The position numbers and the translations under genes were made by a program. 57,770 bases of DNA, from the IMG/VR virus record IMGVR_UViG_3300030090_003001, positions 1 to 57,770 of that record; one strand, 5' to 3'. The notes under the pieces were generated by a model that saw only the letters and a list, made by a program, of their open reading frames with translations, did no database searches and was not told the DNA's origin. Below, in pieces: positions 37,512-48,100 of this stretch (positions are counted from its first letter, which is position 1; each line of letters opens with the position of its first letter). The DNA is from a virus (taxonomy: Duplodnaviria; Caudoviricetes).

Positions 37512-39089
37512 ATGAGCAGAATAGATTGGAGAGGAGTATCAATGGCGTTAGCGCAATTAAAAGAAATTGCGGAGCCTAATCGTTTAGAGTTAATGGAGCA
37601 AGAATATCTTTTTAGGGCAACAGAAAAAAAGAAAGATAGGTTGTTTGAGAACTCAGAAATATTATTTAAGCAGCTTAACTCAGATTATAGTCAAAATCAA
37701 AAGCTGTTACTTGCAAAGCAAAATGAAATTACTGAAATGAACGCAGATGCTGAGAATCTTCTTAAAAACAAATTTTCGAATACAACTGGAAACTTATATG
37801 ATGCGTTTAAAGAATTAGATTTATCTGTAATTGACGGGTTAACGACTGCTAATAATATGATTGAAGACAAAGTAAACAATCAATTAGCCTCATTAACAGA
37901 AATGAGTAATTTATATTCTAATATGACATTTGGTAAACAGCTAAGAGAGTCTGAAGGTAATATTAAAGAAACCTATTTACTTGACGATAATGGCAATGCT
38001 CTTTTAGACCAAGACCAATATGTTTTAGATTCAGAAGGAAATGTTACAGAAGAATTAAATCCTAATTACGGAAAACCTATAAAATATGGCTGGGATGTAG
38101 ATGAGAGTGGATACATTAATCCTAATGAGCTAGAACAAGGCTTAGACCAAACAATAAAATGGTTAGAGGCAAATGGCCAATCAACTACTGGTATAAGAGA
38201 AGGTTACTGGTCTGGTTATCAAGGTGACAGTAAACGTAATCAAGCTGAAGTTAGTTATGAAACTAGCGTCTTGAATTTAGGTGATAAAAAATTAGACTTA
38301 CTTAATGGTGGGTATTTATCAGAAGACGATACATCGCTATATAAAGCAGAAGTTAAAGCTATGACAGAAGCTGGATATAGTTTAGACTTTTCTAAGTTTG
38401 TGGCATCAGAAGATTCTGGTGGAGCAGATGAGTATATTGAGGCAATGCAATATAAAAGACTAGTTCAAGAGTTAAATGACTACAAAAATAAACAAGGAAC
38501 AATGTATGATTTTGTTGTAGCAACATACGGTTCTGATGGTTCTGATTTAGGCGAAAGCGAACAAGACAAAGATATAAGAACTCGTATAGGTAATTATGTT
38601 GAAGGCAGAACTAAAGAAGCTGGAGATATATTAGATAAACTTATAATGAATGATGCTAAACACTATATTGTTGATTTACCCTCATATGCAAATATAGCTG
38701 GCTTTGAAGATAGTTCATTACAAAACTTTAGAACTGCTGGTGAAGAGGATACAGCACATACAGAAAACTATTTAAATAAATGGGACGCAATGATAGAGTT
38801 TGGCTTTACTGAAAAATTCTATAAAGAAATTATGGAAAAAAGCTATGTTGGAGACCCTCAAAAAGATGTATATTTAGGATTTATGCTTAAAAAAGAGTTT
38901 GAATTTTTATTTGATAATATGGATAGTTATGCTAAAGGAACTTTACCTCAGAATAAAAAAGAACGATTTGATAAAGCATTAATAGGGTTTAACCAAAGAT
39001 TCCCAGAGCATTTCAAAGAAAGAAGAGCTGAAATAATTGATATTATTAAAGAAAAATCACCTCAAGTCTATGGAACTATCACCCAATAA
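37512..39089 (+). CDS. Putative ejection/internal virion protein
   Basis: Helical protein directly before the giant ORF. Confidence 0.65.
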   Translation: MSRIDWRGVSMALAQLKEIAEPNRLELMEQEYLFRATEKKKDRLFENSEILFKQLNSDYSQNQKLLLAKQNEITEMNADAENLLKNKFSNTTGNLYDAFKELDLSVIDGLTTANNMIEDKVNNQLASLTEMSNLYSNMTFGKQLRESEGNIKETYLLDDNGNALLDQDQYVLDSEGNVTEELNPNYGKPIKYGWDVDESGYINPNELEQGLDQTIKWLEANGQSTTGIREGYWSGYQGDSKRNQAEVSYETSVLNLGDKKLDLLNGGYLSEDDTSLYKAEVKAMTEAGYSLDFSKFVASEDSGGADEYIEAMQYKRLVQELNDYKNKQGTMYDFVVATYGSDGSDLGESEQDKDIRTRIGNYVEGRTKEAGDILDKLIMNDAKHYIVDLPSYANIAGFEDSSLQNFRTAGEEDTAHTENYLNKWDAMIEFGFTEKFYKEIMEKSYVGDPQKDVYLGFMLKKEFEFLFDNMDSYAKGTLPQNKKERFDKALIGFNQRFPEHFKERRAEIIDIIKEKSPQVYGTITQ

Positions 39090-39101
39090 ACGGAGCATAT
39101 A

Positions 39102-42100
39102 ATGGCAGATATTTGGGATGAATTAGGACAAATCGAAAATCAAGACGAGCTTGACACACGAGCTGCGCAGATTAAAAAAGACCAAGAAATCCAACAAAGA
39201 AACATAAGAAATATGAACGCTAAACAAGTTATTGAACAGCGTGAAAATATGCTTAAAGCCAAAGAAGCACAAAAAGAGCTTGATGGTGATGTTTGGGAGG
39301 TTTTACCAGAGCAGTCAAAAATTGAGCAAATGCGTAAAGATAGAGCTGAAAGTGAAGCTCAGAAAAACTTTATGACAGATATGGCTGTAGATATGGCTTT
39401 TAATGAGCCGGGAGCTATCGATTTAGACAAAGTTATGAGTCTTACCGGTGTTCCTATTACTTCGAAAAGAATGATGGATATAGGGCGTCCTAAGAGTGCA
39501 ACATTTGGGATAATGTCAGACACTGATATAGATGAAGATAGGTTTAACTCTCAACAAAGAAATGAAATCTATGAGAATCTATATTATAATCGTATAAACC
39601 AAGAAGGTTCCCAAGATTCTACAATTCCTTTATATACTGGATATGCAGCTGATGGAAGCACTATAGAAGAGTCTCAAGCTAGAGATAGAATGAAAGCTGT
39701 TCAAGAAGCAGATAAGCAAGAAGACAACCTTTTTAAATATGTAGATTTTGCATCACAAACAGAAAGAGAAATACCATACTTTGAATTATTCAAAGAGTTT
39801 CCACAAATATACAACTTACCGTACATAAAACAATTTGAAACACAAGATACAAATAATGGGACTATTTCGCCAAGCGTAGCTAAATTTTTAGATGGAAGTG
39901 GTATGGTTGATTTGTCTGATACTACACTTTCAGATTTTATGGAAAACAATCCATACTTAGAAAATGAGACTATAGAAGGCTATAGAAGTAGGATGAAAGA
40001 AAAATATAACCTTAGTGGCAATAAAGTTTTAAAAGACAATCCTTATTATGGATGGAAACCAGAAGATGTGTTTCAAGATTTTGCCCAATGGCTTACAACT
40101 ACATCTCCAGATTCTAAAAATTATGGTGATATGAGCCAAGATGATATAACAAATGATATGTATACCCGAGCTGAAATGCCACCAGAAGGCCAAAGAGACC
40201 AATTCTTTTTAGAGAATTATAGATTAGGTGGGCAAGCGTTTAGATTAGACGACAAGAGAGATATAATAGCTAATTACGGTAAAATTGCATACGAAGAATG
40301 GGCAGCAATGGTTGAAGATGAAGACCTTGCTTATGAAGATTTTAATCCTTATAGACAAAAACTATCTGCTGGTGACAATTGGTATCCATATATGACTGAA
40401 GACCAGCATACATTGTGGGAAGGTGTTAAAAAAGGGTTTGGTCACAAATATGGAACAGCAGATGATAGGATGTTAAATTCAGTGCATAGATTAGTTGGCC
40501 TTGGAACTGAAAAAGCTGGGCAATTAGTAGGTGTAATGAATAGTTGGAGCGATTATTTAGAAAAAGCATTTGAAGGTGAAATTAGGCAAGAAGACTTTTT
40601 AGGAGCATCTGCAGAATGGCTTCAAAAAACTGGATTTAATATTAAAACTGGACAAACAATGTTACCAGAAGGTGAAACATTTGAGGGTTACAATGTGTTA
40701 AATGACGGACAACAATCTGGTTTTAAAAACTTTGTAGATTCAATTCCCGGATTAGCTATAGACTTATTTTTATTAAAAGGAATGGGTTCAAAGGTTGGTG
40801 CAGCCTCATTACCTATTTGGGTTGCAACACACAGAGGTGCTGAAGCAATTGAAAAAGGTAGAAATGAAATTTTAGATGAAAATACTGGCGAAGTTATAGG
40901 CCAATCTTTATCAACAGATTCTGGTGATATATTACTATCTACGGTAAAAGGTGGCGCTGAAGGTTATACTTACCACTTAATATTTAAAGGCACTAGTATG
41001 ATACAAAGTGGTGCTGGAAGAGCAATGACTGGCGGAACAATATTTGGTGGCCCAGCTATGTACAAAGCTTTAAAAGATGAGTATGATAATGACCCAACTA
41101 CTAAAGGAGACTTTGGTGAAGCTTATTCTAATTTTCTATTTGGTGGGGTTATGTCATATTTTGCTAGAGGTAATAAATATACAGAGCTAGCGCCTTGGCA
41201 AGCTAAACTAATGAGGGCATTTTTAAAACCTCAAGTTGGAAGAGGTAGATTTAGAATACCCTTATCTGAATCAGAAAAATTAGCAATAAATGCATATACA
41301 AATGGAACTGTAAAAGAAGTTCCGGGCTATGGTAAAGTTAAAGTTTTTTATGATAAAAAATCTGGACAAGCTGCTTTTCAAAGTAAAGATGGAGATTGGT
41401 TTCTTTTTACTAAAGGCGGTAAACCAGTTAAAACTTCAGAGCCAGAATTTGGCGAATATTTTAATAGGTCTATATTAACAGAAAAAGGATTTCAAAAATG
41501 GATGGAATCTTTATCTAAAAAAGAAGTTGCTAATATAATTAACGGTAAAGTCCCGGGTATACCAGTTACATTAAAAGATAAAATTGTAATGAAATTGATG
41601 CAAAGATTTAATATGCCTAAGAATTTTGAAATGGTTAAATGGGCTGCTGGAAAAGGAAGAGGAGGAGTAAAAGCTACTAGTGTTCCATATAAAGCTCAAG
41701 CACCAAGTGGTTCTAATATAGTCCCAACTGGTACAAACCAAAAAGTAACAAGCAGCACTACAACAACAGCTTCTCCAGCTGCAGCAGCTGCATCAAGCAA
41801 TATTTCTACCAAGAAAAACACCTCCTCCACACAAACAACATCGTCCTTAGGTGATACTAATAAGACTCCAGATATACAACGCATAACATCATCCGTAATT
41901 TCCCTTCAAAAGACGCCTAGTCAAAAAGTTTATGATGATACTGTTACTCAAATCAACGAAGTAAAATCTGAACTAGATGCTGGTTATATCTTTAAAAATG
42001 GAAAAATGGTACCAATTTCTAAGGGCGATGCTGTAAAAGTAAGACAAAGATTAATAGAGTTAGAAGCAGAAGCTAAAAAAGCTGTAACTGCAGCCAATAA

Positions 42101-45100
42101 ACGTAAAACACCTTTAAAAACACCAGAACAAATAAAATTTGATAATAGTGTTGTTAACCTTAAAGCACCTATTAATCCTAAAACAAACAAGCCTTATATA
42201 GCTTATAACAAACCTATTAAAAATGTTGATGCAGCAATTAAAAGATACGAAGCTGTACAAAAAGATAGGGTAGCCTTACAAGCAAAAAGGGATGGCTTAC
42301 CTAAAACAACTAAAACTTATACAAATTTAGACAACAAAATAACGCAGCTTAATAAATATAGTGATGGGCTTAAAAATGTTATAAATGAAGGAAACCCTTC
42401 GTATTTTAAAAATAAAGCTGCAGCATTAGCTCCAAAACCTACAACTACAGTTGCTCCAAAAGCAGCGCAAACTAAAGGAACACCTAGTAGGGTTGACACC
42501 GAGTTGCCAAATTTAATAAACAAAAGATATGGGAAAAACACTAAGGCTTTAAATGAAAGATTAGAAAGAGATTACGGTGTTGATGATGTTAAAGCACTAA
42601 CAAAAGAACAAAAGACTGATTTACACTCTAATTTAACTGTAGAAGAAATAACTAGAGAAATGGGTGGATTAGAAGCTGGAATGATGGGTATTACACCTCA
42701 AAATATGAAGTTATTAAGAAGAGGTATAATAGATGCTGGTAAATTCACTTATGACAATTTACCCAAATCTATGCAAAAACAAGCCGACAAACTAGGAGTA
42801 ACTACTGAAAACTTTAAACAACAATTTCGTGACTGGACTAAAGACCCTAATAAAGCACCACAAAAAACTAAAGCTTTTTTTAAGAAAGTATGGAAACAAT
42901 TCAAGAATTGGTGGAAAAAAGGGAAAGAGGGATTAAAGGAATATTTAAAAAATCCTAAAATTGGAATGAGTGTAGAAATGGTTGGAAAAGATGGAAAACC
43001 ATTATCTATTAAAGACCAAGCAAAAGCAATGAGAGGTGGAGATAAAAGAGGTGTAGTTAAATCTAAAGCACCTTTTGTTAAAACCAGAACAGCTGAAGGT
43101 ATGAACAAAAGAATACCGCAATCAAAAAGAGCTACTGGTATAACAACACCAAACAAAACTGAAACTGGTGAATCATTTGCAATAACAAAATCTTCTGGCA
43201 GAGGCAGAAAACAAACAATACCACAGCCAGAATTAGATAAAATGCTTGTAGAATCTTTAGCGGAAGCAAACACAAAAGGTATACCATCATCTATTAAAGC
43301 TCCTACAACTAAAGAAGTTGAAACATTTACAGCTGGTAAAAATGAAGATAGGTTTTGGTATGAGCTTTCTACAGATGCTTTTAATAATAAAGTTAGGCTT
43401 GACAATAAAAGCGACAAAAGTAAATTGCACGGTCTAGTTTCTGCAACTAGCGTTAATGAAAAACCTTTTCCAAATTTAGTTAAGGCAATAAGTACCTTAT
43501 CTGAGCATATGCAAGGCTCTCCTATAAACACATCATTAATAGACCCTAAACCTATAACAGATGTATTAAGAGGTGAATCTTTTGAAACACCAAAAATAGG
43601 AAACTTTCAACAAACATTTGATTATATAGCTGGTATAACTGGTCAAAAACCTCTTACTGTAAATGATAGACAAGTAGCAGCAAGGTATGGAATTAAACCA
43701 TCTGACTTAGCTACAAACGCATCTTTATATGAAGCAATATCTTTAAATGAAATTAAAATGGCTGAACGTCTAAATAAAGACTTAAAACCCGGAGAAGAAC
43801 CTTGGACTGAATATCAACTGCAAGCAGCAAGTTGGACAAACACAAGATATGATAAAGGTGTTTCACAAATTGGAGATAATTATGCTCAAGGAATGGAAAC
43901 TTTATTTAACGTATTAGAAAGTAATGGAATTAAGCTACCTAAAGACCCTAGTACTGGACAAAGATATTTAGATACAGAAACTTTACTAAACCCTAATGTA
44001 CCTAAAATTCTGAGTCCAGCTGGGTACAAATATAAAAAAGCTTTAAAAGGTAATATAGAATTTGCAACAAACAATACTATAGAGGGCAAATTGGCTCAAG
44101 ATAATTTTAGTGAAATTGCTAAAGCTTTAGGATTTACAATTGATATAAACCAAGCTAAACAATTAACAAAGATGCAAGAAGCTTATATTGCTACATATAA
44201 AAGAGCTTTAAGAGCTTTAGGGCAACAACCTAAATACAAACCATCTGTTTTAAATAGAATGATAGATGCTATAGTTGGAAAAAGATTTAAACTTTCAAGA
44301 GTTACATATGATACTGGTGGTTGGGCTGGAGTAGTTAACCAAAACATTACATTCCCTTTAGCTGAGTCACAATCAACTGGTAGAGCTTCATTGGAATTAA
44401 ATGACATACAAACAGAAGGATTGCTGTCAATATTAGGAAAATTTGCTGGACAAGATGCTGGTGGAGCTTCTAGATTTAAAAGACTTATAGGCCCAGATGC
44501 TTGGAATAAAGCAGAGTCTTTTCAAATGTTTACACCAGAAAAAGGAATATCTATACAAAAAGAACAAATGCTTTTAGGTGCTATCAAATCTAAAACTGGT
44601 CAAAGTTTAGGGTTTAATAAACAAGAGCTACCAAATGGAACTTTGTTTTCTTTCCATCCAGACGGAAAACTTCCATCCCCAGACAAATTAGAGGCTGCCG
44701 GACTACAAATTTTTGACGAAGGAGTTAACTTAATACCAACTACATATAAAAGTGTATTAGCTGTTGATAAAGAATACAATACAAATATAAGGAGGATGAA
44801 AAATGCCATCGCAGAAGAACTTGCCATCGGAGTTAGAGACAAACTCATCGATGGAACAACAAAACCCCCAAGAGTTGGACTCATCAGTACAGCAATCAAA
44901 GGGAAAAAACCAATCGAAAACTACATCAAAGACATCAAGGCCAGACCCAGAAAGCTTATTGAAGGAGCTAGGTCTAGATACAAATCCAGAATGGACATTC
45001 TCGATGATGCAATCAAAGATTACAAAGTAATTACTAAACAATTAGATAAAGAGTTAGGCGTTTTAAATAAACAAATGGAAGGCCCTTTATCTAAAATAAA

Positions 45101-48100
45101 TGGAAGAAAACTTAATAAGTACGAGGAAATACTTTCTGATGGGTTTGAAGCTGGATTTATGGGTTTCACACCGCAGAATATGAAACTATTAAAACAAGCT
45201 CTTATAGACACATCAACTTTCCTATATAGAGATTTACCTAAGCATTTACAGAAACTTGGCAAAACACTTGGTATAGGAGCTAAAAACTTTAAAAAAGCAT
45301 TAGATAAATTTATGCATTATTTTGGGCCAGTTACGGTAGGAAAGAGAGTCATACCAAAAGCATACAATAAGCTTAAGAATTTTTGGAAGCAAGTTTATAG
45401 TTCTATGAAAACTTGGTGGGGAAGCAACAAAGATAGAGTTGTGGGTGATATACAAAGAGTTAAAGATGCTAGAAGAAAGAATTTATCACAAAAAGATTTA
45501 GCTTATAAAACTCAAAAACAATTAGCTAGAGCAAAAGTTATTGAGGGAAGTTTAATAAAGTCTGGAAGAACTACAGCTAAACAATTAGCAGTACTTAAGA
45601 AAGAATTGCTAGGCGTAAGCAGTTTAGGAGACTTAAACAAAAAAGGTAAACCTACAGACCCAGAGGCAGATAACAAAATTGCTGGATATATAAGAATGTT
45701 AAGAAGATTTGAAAATAGAAATAGGGGTGTTGATATGTCTAAGCTAATTCCAGCGGCAGACCAATACCCAACTCCTACAACTAGAAGCCCTAAAGAACAT
45801 CTGCAAATAGAAATGGGCAATTTAGCTGTAAGAAGGACTGTTCTTAACCACAGAACTTTTGAGTTAACAGACAAAGGCTTAATTGCAGACGCAGACCAAA
45901 GAGCGCCTCTTGGTAAGATAAGACAAGGTGCTTATGCTAGATTTGTTAGAAATATGGGAAATACAGAAGATTTTGCAGATTTAATACAGCAAAAAACTGG
46001 CGCTCCAGTATATGATGCTTATGAAGATGTTAGAATAGCAGTTGGTAACACTGAAGGTTATATAGACCAACATATGCGTCCTTTAATAGAAATAATAAAA
46101 AGAGCTACTGGACAAATAGATTTAGATAAAGCTATGCCATTATCATCAAGAGTTAAAATACATAGAGCTGGTAAAGGTGACCCAGATGCTTTAGCTGACT
46201 TAACGCAACTAGAACAAGATTTATTAAATCATATACAAGGTTATTATAATGACCCAGTAACACAAAAGATTTTTAAATTAAATCGTTTTATGAATTGGTA
46301 TAACAAGTCTGGAGAATCAAACAAGGGTTTGCCGGGCGTTGATAAAAAAGATTTATTAAACCTTAAGGCAATATATGAGGCACAAGGAAATGCTGCATTA
46401 ATAGCTGCATTAGATGATGTTAAAGGCTTGGTTATAGAAAAAAATTATATGCCAGATTTTTCTGAAGCTATAGACTATAACAATTCATCACAAATGTACA
46501 ATCTTAATATTGGCAAACAAACTTTAAAACCAAAAGATAGTAATGCAGATATGAATAAAGATGCTATAAAGGCTTTTATTAGAAAGGTAAGAGCAGATGC
46601 CAAAATATTTTATATGGATGAACCTATTACAAGGTTAGCTAATATAGTAAACACTGGATTACCAGCTGAAGTTTCAAACGATATGCTGCTATCAATAGAT
46701 TCTATGAACAGACCATTAGATACTAGCTCAATGGCAGAAATGAGTTCTAAGTGGGTTGGCCACGTTATGAAAGCTGCTTTAACTCTTCCATCTAAATGGG
46801 GTAGAAACCTTTTTCAGAGACTAACATTATTACCTTACACAAGTGGTGTTAATATGCCTAAAATGCTAGGCTCTATGATGAGAAATACATTCTTTCCTAA
46901 AAAAATAGGTGGAATACCTATGCCAAAAGGTGGAAAAATAGATATTTATAGACCGGGTCGTGGAAGCTTAAATGTAACTAAATCCTCTGATTATATGAAT
47001 GCTCCATCTTGGAAAACTAATCATTTTAATTCAATGGTATCAGCAAATACTAGCTTGGCAGATGATTTTTTAATGTCGACTCATATGCCTATTATAGACA
47101 AGCTTCCTTTTGGTATGAATAAAGCTTTTAGAGGTCTTATAGATACTTATAAATGGACTGATGCTAGTAATAGGTGGGCTATATTTAATCCTATGGTTGA
47201 TGATATATTAAAAACATTAGAAACCGCATCTAAAACTGGCAAAGATTTTAATTCTATAAAAAACAAATTGTATTGGAATAAAGTAGGTGACTATGAAAGT
47301 TTAAAAGATATTTTAAGACCAGAAATACAAATGGCTCTAAATGGCGATGTTGCAGCACAAAGATATGTTGCTTTAAGAATAGCAGAACATATGAGTGGGC
47401 CAGCTGTTAACTGGAGATATAATGCAATGGATAGGTCAATACACGAACAATCTGGAACATTTGGTAGAGGAGTGTTTAGAGCAACAACATACCCAGTTAG
47501 ATTAATAGCACAAGTTGCTAAAGATGCTTGGAAAGTTTATAGAGGTGCTTATAGAGGTAATATGAGCGAAATGTGGGGTGGTCTAAAAGGTGTTATGGGA
47601 AGACTGGCTATTATGTGGGGAATAGAAAAAACATTAAACTATATATATGGCTCCAAACCAAGTGGTGGCGGATGGGGCTATGATTTTATTAGTGATGTTC
47701 TAGGATTTGAGGTCGGAGGACTTGCATTTGCTGGTGCAGATTGGCTGTATGGAACGAAGCCAGCTGTCGGTAAACTGGGAGAAGCTTGGTCTGCATATAT
47801 AGATGGTGATGAAAAATATGGAGATGAGCTTATGGCTAGGGCAGCACAAATGTTAGCAGCTCACACTGATGGAGTATCAAAACAAACAGTTGTATTTTAT
47901 AGGTTTATAACTTGGCAAATGGAAAATGCCTTAGGCGTTAAAAAAGTCTCTCCATTAAGAGACCTTGTAGATGTTTGGCTTAATGAATATGACCCAGAAG
48001 AAATAGATAGGACTACAACACAAATGGTTCAACACGGTTTTACTGGTGCTGGATATGACCCAGAGATTGAGGATGATGGCAAAAGATGGATAGATGAATT

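Noticed and set aside
41696-41884. Possible antisense or overprinted gene in a C-rich patch of the giant ORF
   Set aside because: The patch encodes an S/T/A linker. The antisense ORF has no convincing SD, and the +1 frame has no start between stops.
42749-43531. Long antisense ORFs (also 12199-12969, 28021-28581, 35807-36409)
   Set aside because: In-register shadows of codon-biased or repetitive sense genes.
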